This document shows, one piece after another, positions 49,192 through 62,300 of a stretch of DNA of 64,000 nucleotides; position 1 is the first letter of the stretch; each line of letters opens with the position of its first letter. This DNA comes from Macrostomum lignano. Its lineage: Eukaryota. Position numbers and translations under genes: made by a program. Location: positions 12,316 through 76,315 of the forward strand of contig NIVC01003798.1 in NCBI GenBank assembly GCA_002269645.1, in the 5' to 3' direction. The notes beneath the pieces are model-generated. The model was not told the origin of the DNA, did not search any database, and was given only the letters and a program-made list of their open reading frames with translations.

Positions 49192-49980
49192 ATTGATATC
49201 CTGGGCCCAACTTGAGATCCAACAGACTGAGGCAACAAGTATATCCTGACCTATGTTGACACAATATTGAAGTATCCCTTTGCCTTTGCCATGAAAAATC
49301 AGGGTGCCAAGACAATAATAACTCTAATGCAGAAACAAGTGTTTCCGATCAGTGGAATCCTTGCATGGATCCATTCCAATCAAGGAAAACAGTTTACAAG
49401 GCATAAGTTCCAACATTTTTGCAAAGTATACGGCATTTGACAGACTATAACACTGCTATATTAACCCTAGGCTAATAGACAAGTCGAGTTGTACAACAAA
49501 AACATCAAGAAGGTGCTCCCTTTTCTCCTTGAAGATTATCAGCAATGGGACAAGATGCTGCCAGCTGCTCTGACTGCACTAAGATCAGTTGTCAACCATA
49601 CTACTGGATTCTTGCTGCATTATGTTGTCTATGGAGGCTACCTAGATATATTGGCTGATCTCCTGGAGTAAATTGCCAAACATCAGCACAGACTGGCAAA
49701 GACTGAGCAAATTGTATAACAGTGACTGCAAGCTGAGATCTAGCACCGAGAACAGTACTATGAAAACCAACCAAAGCCCGCGGAACTGCAGCCCAGAGAC
49801 CTAGTCTGCCTGGCCAACCCAAAGCTCGAATTGGGCAAGCTGCCCAAATTCTACCGGCTATACAAGAGTATATACAAGGTTATGAGGAAAGTTGGCAAAG
49901 TGGCATACTGGATCAAGTTTGTAATAGCCCAATTAGGATGCCTAGCTAAGATGTTGGTATATCGAAACATTATCAAGGTG
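49192..49980 (+). pseudogene. Retroviral-type integrase core plus GPF/Y region, 9 in-frame stops
   Basis: A single frame reads IDILGP...GNKYILTYVD...IHSNQGKQF...FCKVYGI...*P*ANRQVELYNKNIKK...WDKMLPAAL.ALRSVVNHTTG...LQPRDLV...KLPKFYRLYKSIYKVMRKVGKVAYWI. Confidence 0.92.
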
Positions 49981-50370
49981 CCGCAGATGATGGCAAACTG
50001 ACTACAGGAGCCACTGCACTAGACTGAGTGGCCAATGCTGCTCTATGAGTTGAGTGATGACAACAAAGCTGACCCTGCCAATCAGCCCGCTTCAAAACAG
50101 CCAGCTGCAGCTCAGCCTGACCTGCAAGGCAGTCAGCTGTTTGAGCCAAGCTTGTGCTATCTAGAAGTGCTTGCAAAAGGCAATGGTTTTGGGTAAACAG
50201 TAGAAGTAATTATGACTGTCTTATTAGGCCTAAATGCCTCAGCATCTAATTAGTACTACGTCCATATTCTTTGGGATGGCATTTTTGCGATTTACCCCTG
50301 GTCCACCATAATTTACAGTGGCCAGATTGGCCAGCAGTTGCGCATGTATGCCGCCATCAGGGGGGGGCTT

Positions 50371-51258
50371 TGACAAATCTGTTGTCATTGCCTATCCTTG
50401 GTCTGTCTATTCCATTGGTCTCCTTGTTCTTGTGTCTGTCCCCACTATTGACCCGTTCAATGTTTTATTTTGTTTTACTTACTTTTTTTGCATTGGTACC
50501 TACATTGACCTATCTCATAGCCTCCCACTCTGCCTGTTGCCCTGCTGGTTGCCCTATTCCCCACCTCACTGTTTGTCCTATACGTCACTAATTTTGTTGT
50601 CAATACTTATGGCCAGACTGGCTGCATTAAATGCATCCTCTTGTCCTCTTGTTTCCTTTTGATTGCTCATTTGCTACTCCTTTTCTACTTTTTGCTCCAT
50701 TACTTAATTACCATTAGTTTATTTAGCACCTTGGCACAGCTGGAACAATCTTGCTTGTTTGTCATAACAATAATATTGGTTGGCTTACTTTAATAACTAA
50801 TAAACCCTAACTCATTATTTATTTAAATTAAATAATCAAAGCCCTATTAGTTTATCTTGAGTCATTTGCCTACGAGGCAAATTTATCTCAATTCCAAACA
50901 AGCTTTGAGATCTCTATGTTTCATAATACAAAATTACAGTGGCAAAGCTACTTTACTGAAAGTAATCAGTTAAGCAAATTGGCAAAAATTAAAATTTTAC
51001 TGTGTTAAGACCTTGGTATCTACTATCTAAATGACTGTGCCTGCTAAAGACTGCTCAACTGTGATTATGACTACCCTTCCCTTAGAATTGAGGATCTGGC
51101 AGATAGAATGTCTATAGAGAAAATCCACCCGAACAATTCCATGAAAATTTCCAGCTTTACGAGTGCCAAGTTAAGGATGGCAGCAATTAAAAGGTTAATA
51201 TTTTTTGAAAATCAGCCAACCACTGCCCTAAAGTGCTTTTTTCTCTACTCCCACCTTA
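50371..51258 (+). repeat. 3' LTR
   Basis: Preceded by the PPT, starts TGACA, ends CCACCTTA (counterpart of CCACCTCA in the 5' LTR). Confidence 0.82.
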
Positions 51259-51867
51259 TTATATAGATTAAAAAAGTGTATTAAAAATAGCATTATAAAG
51301 AAAAAAGAGAAAAACAATGAAAAAATATAGGTATTTTATTTGATCTTCTTATCTACTAAGAGCAATTGCAAGGTTAAAGACAATAAGTAAAAATGCATAT
51401 AAGTACTACTATTGCTTTCTTAGAAAATACTGATTACAAAAAAAATTATTTATAAAAAGTTTATTTCAAAGATTTATTTAGCATCTTTATTTCCTAAACA
51501 TGGATATTTTAGAGCCAAATAAAAGAGTAATTCTTTAAAGATTTTCATTTTGGGGAGAATGGTCCAAGTTTGGGGGCCAACATGAGTATAAAGTGCACCA
51601 AGCTAGGGGTGCAAAAATTATATAGAGAGTGCAAAAAATCAAGCTTAGAGATGCAAAAAATGCATGTAGGGTGAAAAGTCAAGCTTAAGGGCACAAATAA
51701 GCCAAGGTGTTTGGGAGCAAAAATATAGTTTAAGGGGTACAAACTTAGGTTTTTAGGGAGCGCAATATGTTCTGTTAAGCTATTTTGGGGAAACCTACTA
51801 CCCCCCCCCCTAAATCTACCCCTGTAAGGTAAATACTAGGCCTAGGCTATTATAGCATAGAGGCCTA

Positions 51868-52555
51868 TCTCTCTAACTATAAAAATCAAAACTCTGTGTG
51901 TCTGTGTGTGTGTCTGTGTGTGGACAATTTTGATCGCTATGGACTCCCAAACCGCTCAACCAAATGACACTAAACTTTACACCCACCCTAAACTCACTAC
52001 GGAGAATGTCTTAGGCTACCTTTTAATTTCCTAGACTCAAGTCTTCCTACCTAAAAGTACAAAAAACTGCTCAAAATGCGCGATTTTTTCACTAAATCCT
52101 CCATAGCGCCGCTCCACTTCTACCGATTCTCTTCAAATTTGACACAGGCAATTTTCAACTATTTTGACACAATCGTGTAAAATTTCGATTCTCAAAGTTA
52201 ATTCTGAACGGCGCTGTGCACTTTTAAAGTTGGGCTGTTTTTTTCAGCGAGACAGCCACCCCAACCTGCGCCCGCCTGCCTCTCTTTCCCGATCTGGGCG
52301 GCCCAGATGTGTAAAAGGGTTTCAAAATGGACTAACTTTCGGCTGCCATAAGTTTGCTCCACGTAAAGCGATTAACTTCAAACTTGACACAATTCTTCAT
52401 TGACCCATTCTCTGTCTAAATGTAAAGTTTCAACTCTGTAACTCAACCGAAAAAGAAACTGTAAGCATGTGAAGTTTGTCTGCTTTTTCTGTTGTTTGTG
52501 CCACTCACTCACTCATTCCCCCAGAGCCAGACGAAGGGTCAGGCGATAGGACTGA
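51868..52555 (+). mobile_element. Possible non-autonomous Helitron-like element
   Basis: Starts A|TCTCTCTAACTATAAAAA, followed by a (TG)/TCTG microsatellite and AAACCGCTCAACCAAATGACACTAAACTTT; imperfect GC hairpin GCCAGAC-GAAGG-GTCAGGC at 52526-52544. A canonical CTRR 3' end is not clear. Confidence 0.4.
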
Positions 52556-52589
52556 ATGTACATAGCAAATGTACAGTGTTTTGGAATAA

Positions 52590-52800
52590 CTTTATTTATA
52601 GCCTTCTCCGCACCCCAAGAGTGGAGAGGCTACGTTTAGCCTTGACAGTTTAGTGAGAAATTCTAACCACTGCCCTCCCCTCTGTATTGGCAAACTCTGC
52701 AGCAGTTTAACAGTGGATGGCAATTGGCAAATCGAAAAAAATCCAGCATGGTTTGTAAAAGCGAAAGATTTATGAAAAGGCAATGCGATGCAATGAAATA
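52590..52800 (-). pseudogene. Possible 3' fragment of a CR1/L2-type LINE ORF2
   Basis: PSTVKLLQSLP resembles the C-terminal FP.T...WNSLP motif; this single weak motif is the only support. Confidence 0.3.
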
Positions 52801-53139
52801 CAACCCTACTAAATTAGGCACACCGCACACCATGGAAATTTTAAGTTTCTCTTAAAAGTAATCTAAAATTTAAATGGCCTCCTAAGAAATGCGTATTTCC
52901 TTGGTTGTTAGACTGATGCAGACTGCAGTGGAGCTGAAGATACACAAATTCCTTTCAGGGCTGCAAATTGGCAAGAAAGATGATGTGATCAAAGCATGAG
53001 AACAACCATGAGAGTAGTACGTCCCACAAACTGGCTTTCGAAGCAGGGATCGGCAGACTTTTACTTCAAAAGCCAGATAAAAAATCCAGCTTATGTGCGG
53101 GCCAGATGAGAGTGGAAAGGAGAAGGAATACACTAATTA

Positions 53140-53949
53140 GTATTAGAAGAGAGGAGAGGCGAGAGGGGGATAAGAGAAAACATGGAAGATAAGAGGAGAT
53201 GCAAGTGGTGAGGAGAGAGCAGAGAAGAAGGGAGGAAGAAGCGAGAGGAGGGGAGAAAGGAGGGAGAGGAAAGAGTAAATGTAAGAAGAGGGGAGAGATG
53301 AGACAGAGGATCGATGAGAGGAAAGTAGAGAAGAGTGAGAAGAGAGTAGAGATGAGAGAGCAGAAAGAAGATGACAGAGGGTCAAGAGGAGGAGAGGAGA
53401 GGAGAGAGTAGAAAGGATAGAGAAGAGAGGAGATAAGAGGGGGAGAGAGGAGTGAGAAGAGAAGAGATAGAGATAAGAGAGGGGTGTAAGAAGAGGGGAG
53501 AAAAGAGAGATGAGATTGTAGAGATGAGACAGATTAAAGGAGAGATGAGAGAGTAAAGATGAGAGATGAAAAAGGTGAGAGGAGAGTGCAGAGAGACGAG
53601 AGAAGACAAGAGAGGGAGACAGTATAGAAGAGGGAAGAGAAGAGAAGAGGAGAGGAGAAAGGAGAAAGGAAAGAGAGGAGTCAGAAGAGGTGAAAGAGAA
53701 GAGTACAGAGGAGATAAGTGAGAGAACGTATAAGAGAGTAAAGATGATAGATGAGAGAGCAGAGATGAGGGTGAACAGACGAGAGATGGGAGAGTAGAGA
53801 GAACAGAGGAGAGAGAAGAGAGAAGAGATTACAGAGACTAGAGGAGAGAGGAGAGACAGGGAGAGAGAAGAGGAAATAGGAGAATGAAGAGGGGAGAGAG
53901 TAGAGAGGAGAAGAGAGATGGGAGAGGAGAGATAAGAGAGAGAGAGAGG

Positions 53950-54018
<69 letters not shown>

Positions 54019-54475
54019 GAGCATAGAGAAACGAGAAGAGATAAGAGAGAAAAGATAAAAGAATAGAAAGGAGAGATGAGAGAGTAGAGGAGAGAGTTAA
54101 GAGATGAGAGAAAAGAATAGAGAGGAGAAGGAAGAGACGAGAGAGAAGAGGGGGAGAGAGGAGAGAGGAGAGGAGGGTCAACGAGAAACGAAAACGAAAA
54201 CGAAAAAGTAGAGAGGAGGGAGGAGAGGAGAGAGAAAAGAAGAGGGAATTGAGATGAGATAAGAGATATGAAAGAGAAGAAAGATGAGGGAGGATACGAA
54301 AGAAGATGGGAGAGAGAAGAGAGGAGAGCAGAGAGAAAACAAAAAGTAGAAAGGAGAGAGGAGAGGAGAGAGAAAAGAATGGGGAAGAGATGAGGGAAGA
54401 TATGAGAGAAGAGAGGAGAGAAGAGAGAGGAGAGACGAGGGACAAGAGAGAAGAAAGGAAACAGAAGAGACGATA
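53140..54475. repeat. 1.3-kb A/G-rich low-complexity tract with a pure (AG)n core at ~53957-54013
   Basis: The + strand is almost entirely purine. Confidence 0.95.
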
Positions 54476-56389
54476 GAAATTTTAAAGGATCCAAGGGACA
54501 TAGGGAGAGTCAGGGAAAGGCCAGAGTTTGCCAATACATGTTTTAGAGTCAGACAGACATTGCCTGACATTCTGCGCAGTACCCCAGCCAACAATATCAA
54601 CGTTTGCCTCAAACCCTAATTTTATACGAATGTGCTCCATTTTATGTCTACCTCTATCCTACTAACTATTAACAAGTTTTTGTTTGTGTATGGCCTTAGA
54701 TTTCAGAATACGTGTAAAAGTAGTTCCGGGTATTGGAATTCCCTGGGTTCAAAATCCGCGGGTTTCAACAGCTTGTCTATACTAAAATTAAAATAGTTTG
54801 TCTGTGTTGTCTTTATTTATTTGTGAGTGTGATAATGATTCTATAATTGATTTTTAAAAAAAATAATGTCTTGTCTAAGCCCAAAATCTAGGCTAAATAG
54901 ATCCCATATAGGCCTAACTATCGGAAGTGGTTATCACTATACCATGGTCTTATGTCAATAATTCCAATTTTATCCATATAGATCCGTGTCAATAATTTCC
55001 AGCTTATCCCCATGGCATGGCAGCTTATTGAAATAGCTGCCACCATTCAAGTCTATAGGCCATGTCAATAATTTTTAGCTTATCCCCACAGCTAAGATTG
55101 TGCAATTGTTTGTGTTTATTTTTGTGTGGATGTTAAATTGATATTGTTATTATTATTAGTATTATTACTCATTGACATTATTATTATTGAGTTTTAGACT
55201 TTTGAATTTTGCAAATTGCAAGTCTCATTTGCCTCAATCTTAGGGTCTGTTTAGGGTAAGATCTCATCAACCGAACAAGGGATCTTCAAAACCGAACATG
55301 CAAGTGACTTTCGTTTTTACTGTCTCATTGGAAATATATTTAAAGAGTCTATAAAAGTGCCATATCATTTGAAAGAAAACATTCTCATCTACAAAATGAG
55401 ATAAAGTTTAGACAATCTACTCAATAGATACTCGAGAAAATGAGCATTATTGATAGAAATTATTAAAGAAATACGCGTTTCAGAGTTTTTTCTTGATTTG
55501 GGATGTCTGCAGAAGAATTAATCTACAGACCACAATTTTTAACTTACATTCAAAACAAAATACTTTTTGAATTCAGTGTTAAATTTTCTACAAAGTAATA
55601 TAACACACATACCAATCTGATGTATAGTTAAGCAAAAAATTCTAGTGTTCGGTTGATGATACCAAATTACATGTTCGGTTCGGTTTTCAGATTTCAGAAT
55701 CATCAACCGAACAGAAGAATCTTCAAAACCGAACGAACAAAAATTGTCCAAAAAAACTTATTTCTCGCTTGATTCTTCTACCTTACATTGAATAAGATCT
55801 TTTTTTAAAAGAACAACTCATTTAAGCCACGTAATTGCAAATATTTTTTGCTTAAAAATGTACCAATTTTAATGCAAAATACATAGGAGGATTTTTCCAT
55901 TTTGACAAAATATTCCTATTAAATGCTTTTATTTCTACTAACAGTAGCTAAAAGCGACATATAATTCCATATACATTTTCTTTTAAGAATTCTGCAACAT
56001 AGAAAAGAAGATCGAATCAACAAGACAGGCCAAGATAGGCGCGGCCTACTAGGCCTAATGGTTGCCGCTTTACTGTATAATTGAAGAGTAAAAGGCCTAG
56101 TAAACGTCTAATTTAATTTAATTGTAAATAAGTACAATTACGAGTATTGTAACTGTAAGTAATACGAGCAAAGCCAAAGGCACAATATAAAATTTAATAA
56201 TATGACTACAATAATATACATTTAGTAAAACCCTTATTAGAAAAGAAACAGATATATGCTAGGCTATAGGCCTAGGCCCTATCAGAACGGGGAAATTTCA
56301 AAGATCTGACAAATTATATGATGGTAGGACGGAGAACTATACAAGGCGGTGAAGAGTCGCCTACTCCCAGATATATTAATAGACAAATG

Positions 56390-59300
56390 CAGAGAGGCGC
56401 CCTTAATACATGTAGATTGATGGACAGAAGCAGTTAGAGAGGCGCCCTTCATACATGTAGATTGATGGACAGAAGCAGTTAGAGAGGCGCCCTTCATACA
56501 TGTAGATTGATGGACAGAAACAGTTAGAGAGGCGCCCTTCATACATGTAGATTGATGGACAGAAGCAGTTAGAGAGCGCCCTTGATCCAAGTAGATTGAT
56601 AGACAGAAGCAGTTAGAGAGGCGCCATTCATACATGTAGATTGATAGACAGAAGCAGTTAGAGAGGCGCCCTTCATACATGTAGATTGATAGACAGAAGC
56701 AGTTAGAGAGGCGCCCTTCATACATGTAGATTGATAGACAGAAGCAGTTAGAGAGGCGCCCTTCATACATGTAGATTGATAGACAGAAGCAGTTAGAGAG
56801 GCGCCCTTCATACATGTAGATTGATGGAAAGAATTCGCAGTTAGAGAGGCGCCCTTCATACAAGTAGATTGATGGACAGAATTCGCAGTTAGAGAGGCGC
56901 CATTCATACATGTAGATTGATGGACAGAAGCAGTTAGAGAGGCGCCCTTCATACATGTAGATTGATGGACAGAAGCAGTTAGAGAGGCGCCCTTCATACA
57001 TGTAGATTGATAGACAGAAGCAGTTAGAGAGGCGCCCTTCATACATGTAGATTGATAGACAGAAGCAGTTAGAGAGGCGCCATTCATACATGTAGATTGA
57101 TAGACAGAAGCAGTTAGAGAAGCGCCCTTCATACAAGTAGATTGATGGACAGAATTCGCAGTTAGAGAGGCGCCATTCATACATGTAGATTGATGGACAG
57201 AATTCGCAGTTAGAGAGGCGCCCTTCATACATGTAGATTGATGGACAGAAGCAGTTAGAGAGGCGCCCTTCATACATGTAGATTGATGCAGGACAGAAGC
57301 AGTTAGAGAGGCGCCCTTCATACAAGTAGATTGATGGACAGAAGCAGTTAGAGAGGCGCCCTTCATACATGTAGATTGATGGACGGAAGCAGTTAGAGAG
57401 GCGCCCTTCATACATGTAGATTGATGGACGGAAGCAGTTAGAGAGGCGCCCTTGATCCAAGTAGATTGATAGACAGAAGCAGTTAGAGAGGCGCCCTTCA
57501 TACATGTAGATTGATGGACAGAAGCAGTTAGAGAGGCGCCCTTCATACATGTAGATTGATAGACAGAAGCAGTTAGAGAGGCGCCCTTCATACATGTAGA
57601 TTGATGGACAGAATTCGCAGTTAGAGAGGCGCCCTTCATACATGTAGATTGATAGACAGAAGCAGTTAGAGAGGCGCCCTTCATACATGTAGATTGATGG
57701 ACAGAAGCAGTTAGAGAGGCGCCCTTGATCCAAGTAGATTGATAGACAGAAGCAGTTAGAGAGGCGCCCTTGATCCAAGTAGATTGATAGACAGAAGCAG
57801 TTAGAGAGGCGCCCTTCATACATGTAGATTGATGGACAGAAGCAGTTAGAGAGCGCCCTTGATCCAAGTAGATTGATAGACAGAAGCAGTTAGAGAGGCG
57901 CCATTCATACATGTAGATTGATAGACAGAAGCAGTTAGAGAGGCGCTCTTCATACAAGTAGATTGATGGACAGAATTCGCAGTTAGAGAGGCGCCCTTCA
58001 TACATGTAGATTGATGGACAGAAGCAGTTAGAGAGGCGCCCTTGATCCAAGTAGATTGATAGACAGAAGCAGTTAGAGAGGCGCCCTTGATCCAAGTAGA
58101 TTGATAGACAGAAGCAGTTAGAGAGGCGCCCTTGATCCAAGTAGATTGATAGACAGAAGCAGTTAGAGAGGCGCCCTTCATACATGTAGATTGATGGACA
58201 GATGCAGTTAGAGAGGCGCCCTTCATACATGTAGATTGATGGACAGAAGCAGTTAGAGAGGCGCCCTTGATCCAAGTAGATTGATAGACAGAAGCAGTTA
58301 GAGAGGCGCCCTTGATCCAAGTAGATTGATAGACAGAAGCAGTTAGAGAGGCGCCCTTGATCCAAGTAGATTGATAGACAGAAGCAGTTAGAGAGGCGCC
58401 CTTCATACATGTAGATTGATGGACAGAAGCAGTTAGAGAGGCGCCCTTCATACATGTAGATTGATGGACAGAAGCAGTTAGAGAGGCGCCCTTCATACAT
58501 GTAGATTGATGGACAGAAGCAGTTAGAGAGGCGCCTTTCATACATGTAGATTGATGGACAGAAGCAGCTAGAGAGGCGCCCTTCATACATGTAGATTGAT
58601 GGACAGAAGCAGTTAGAGAGGCGCCCTTCATACATGTAGATTGATGGACAGAAGCAGTTAGAGAGGCGCCCTTCATACATGTAGATTGATAGACAGAAGC
58701 AGTTAGAGAGGCGCCCTTGATCCAAGTAGATTGATAGACAGAAGCAGTTAGAGAGGCGCCCTTGATCCAAGTAGATTGATAGACAGAAGCAGTTAGAGAG
58801 GCGCCCTTCATACAAGTAGATTGATGGACAGAATTCGCAGTTAGAGAGGCGCCCTTCATACATGTAGATTGATGGACAGAAGCAGTTAGAGAGGCGCCCT
58901 TGATCCAAGTAGATTGATAGACAGAAGCAGTTAGAGAGGCGCCCTTGATCCAAGTAGATTGATAGACAGAAGCAGTTAGAGAGGCGCCCTTCATACATGT
59001 AGATTGATGGACAGAAGCAGTTAGAGAGGCGCCCTTCATACATGTAGATTGATGGACAGAAGCAGTTAGAGAGGCGCCCTTCATACATGTAGATTGATGG
59101 ACAGAAGCAGTTAGAGAGGCGCCCTTCATACATGTAGATTGATGGACAGAAACAGTTAGAGAGGCGCCCTTCATACATGTAGATTGATGGACAGAAGCAG
59201 TTAGAGAGCGCCCTTGATCCAAGTAGATTGATAGACAGAAGCAGTTAGAGAGGCGCCATTCATACATGTAGATTGATAGACAGAAGCAGTTAGAGAGGCG

Positions 59301-62300
59301 CCCTTCATACATGTAGATTGATAGACAGAAGCAGTTAGAGAGGCGCCCTTCATACATGTAGATTGATAGACAGAAGCAGTTAGAGAGGCGCCCTTCATAC
59401 ATGTAGATTGATAGACAGAAGCAGTTAGAGAGGCGCCCTTCATACATGTAGATTGATGGAAAGAATTCGCAGTTAGAGAGGCGCCCTTCATACAAGTAGA
59501 TTGATGGACAGAATTCGCAGTTAGAGAGGCGCCATTCATACATGTAGATTGATGGACAGAAGCAGTTAGAGAGGCGCCCTTCATACATGTAGATTGATGG
59601 ACAGAAGCAGTTAGAGAGGCGCCCTTCATACATGTAGATTGATAGACAGAAGCAGTTAGAGAGGCGCCCTTCATACATGTAGATTGATAGACAGAAGCAG
59701 TTAGAGAGGCGCCATTCATACATGTAGATTGATAGACAGAAGCAGTTAGAGAAGCGCCCTTCATACAAGTAGATTGATGGACAGAATTCGCAGTTAGAGA
59801 GGCGCCATTCATACATGTAGATTGATGGACAGAATTCGCAGTTAGAGAGGCGCCCTTCATACATGTAGATTGATGGACAGAAGCAGTTAGAGAGGCGCCC
59901 TTCATACATGTAGATTGATGCAGGACAGAAGCAGTTAGAGAGGCGCCCTTCATACAAGTAGATTGATGGACAGAAGCAGTTAGAGAGGCGCCCTTCATAC
60001 ATGTAGATTGATGGACGGAAGCAGTTAGAGAGGCGCCCTTCATACATGTAGATTGATGGACGGAAGCAGTTAGAGAGGCGCCCTTTATACAAGTAGATTG
60101 ATAGACAGAAGCAGTTAGAGAGGCGCCCTTCATACATGTAGATTGATGGACAGAAGCAGTTAGAGAGGCGCCCTTCATACATGTAGATTGATAGACAGAA
60201 GCAGTTAGAGAGGCGCCCTTCATACATGTAGATTGATGGACAGAATTCGCAGTTAGAGAGGCGCCCTTCATACATGTAGATTGATAGACAGAAGCAGTTA
60301 GAGAGGCGCCCTTCATACATGTAGATTGATGGACAGAAGCAGTTAGAGAGGCGCCCTTGATCCAAGTAGATTGATAGACAGAAGCAGTTAGAGAGGCGCC
60401 CTTGATCCAAGTAGATTGATAGACAGAAGCAGTTAGAGAGGCGCCCTTCATACATGTAGATTGATGGACAGAAGCAGTTAGAGAGCGCCCTTGATCCAAG
60501 TAGATTGATAGACAGAAGCAGTTAGAGAGGCGCCATTCATACATGTAGATTGATAGACAGAAGCAGTTAGAGAGGCGCTCTTCATACAAGTAGATTGATG
60601 GACAGAATTCGCAGTTAGAGAGGCGCCCTTCATACATGTAGATTGATGGACAGAAGCAGTTAGAGAGGCGCCCTTGATCCAAGTAGATTGATAGACAGAA
60701 GCAGTTAGAGAGGCGCCCTTGATCCAAGTAGATTGATAGACAGAAGCAGTTAGAGAGGCGCCCTTGATCCAAGTAGATTGATAGACAGAAGCAGTTAGAG
60801 AGGCGCCCTTCATACATGTAGATTGATGGACAGATGCAGTTAGAGAGGCGCCCTTCATACATGTAGATTGATGGACAGAAGCAGTTAGAGAGGCGCCCTT
60901 GATCCAAGTAGATTGATAGACAGAAGCAGTTAGAGAGGCGCCCTTGATCCAAGTAGATTGATAGACAGAAGCAGTTAGAGAGGCGCCCTTGATCCAAGTA
61001 GATTGATAGACAGAAGCAGTTAGAGAGGCGCCCTTCATACATGTAGATTGATGGACAGAAGCAGTTAGAGAGGCGCCCTTCATACATGTAGATTGATGGA
61101 CAGAAGCAGTTAGAGAGGCGCCCTTCATACATGTAGATTGATGGACAGAAGCAGTTAGAGAGGCGCCTTTCATACATGTAGATTGATGGACAGAAGCAGC
61201 TAGAGAGGCGCCCTTCATACATGTAGATTGATGGACAGAAGCAGTTAGAGAGGCGCCTTCATACATGTAGATTGATGGACAGAAGCAGTTAGAGAGGCGC
61301 CCTTCATACATGTAGATTGATAGACAGAAGCAGTTAGAGAGGCGCCCTTGATCCAAGTAGATTGATAGACAGAAGCAGTTAGAGAGGCGCCCTTGATCCA
61401 AGTAGATTGATAGACAGAAGCAGTTAGAGAGGCGCCCTTCATACAAGTAGATTGATGGACAGAATTCGCAGTTAGAGAGGCGCCCTTCATACATGTAGAT
61501 TGATGGACAGAAGCAGTTAGAGAGGCGCCCTTGATCCAAGTAGATTGATAGACAGAAGCAGTTAGAGAGGCGCCCTTGATCCAAGTAGATTGATAGACAG
61601 AAGCAGTTAGAGAGGCGCCCTTCATACATGTAGATTGATGGACAGAAGCAGTTAGAGAGGCGCCCTTCATACATGTAGATTGATGGACAGAAGCAGTTAG
61701 AGAGGCGCCCTTCATACATGTAGATTGATGGACAGAAGCAGTTAGAGAGGCGCCTTTCATACATGTAGATTGATGGACAGAAGCAGTTAGAGAGGCGCCC
61801 TTGATCCAAGTAGATTGATAGACAGAAGCAGTTAGAGAGGCGCCCTTGATCCAAGTAGATTGATAGACAGAAGCAGTTAGAGAGGCGCCCTTCATACATG
61901 TAGATTGATAGACAGAAGCAGTTAGAGAGGCGCCCTTGATCCAAGTAGATTGATAGACAGAAGCAGTTAGAGAGGCGCCCTTGATCCAAGTAGATTGATA
62001 GACAGAAGCAGTTAGAGAGGCGCCCTTCATACAAGTAGATTGATGGACAGAATTCGCAGTTAGAGAGGCGCCCTTCATACATGTAGATTGATGGACAGAA
62101 GCAGTTAGAGAGGCGCCCTTCATACATGTAGATTGATGGACAGAAGCAGTTAGAGAGGCGCCCTTCATACATGTAGATTGATAGACAGAAGCAGTTAGAG
62201 AGGCGCCCTTCATACATGTAGATTGATAGACAGAAGCAGTTAGAGAGGCGCCCTTGATCCAAGTAGATTGATAGACAGAAGCAGTTAGAGAGGCGCCCTT

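Larger units (their letters stand above)
45510..51258 (+). mobile_element. Decayed Ty3/Gypsy LTR retrotransposon (internally deleted, with a likely nested insertion)
   Basis: Diverged direct repeats 45510-46497 and 50371-51258 both start TGACA; the first ends CA. A PBS TGGTGTCAG(CT)AAGTGGGATT at 46499 is complementary to tRNA-Leu 3' ends, and a PPT AGGGGGGGG is at 50359-50367. An integrase relic lies in between. No RT domain or TSD was recognised. Confidence 0.88.
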
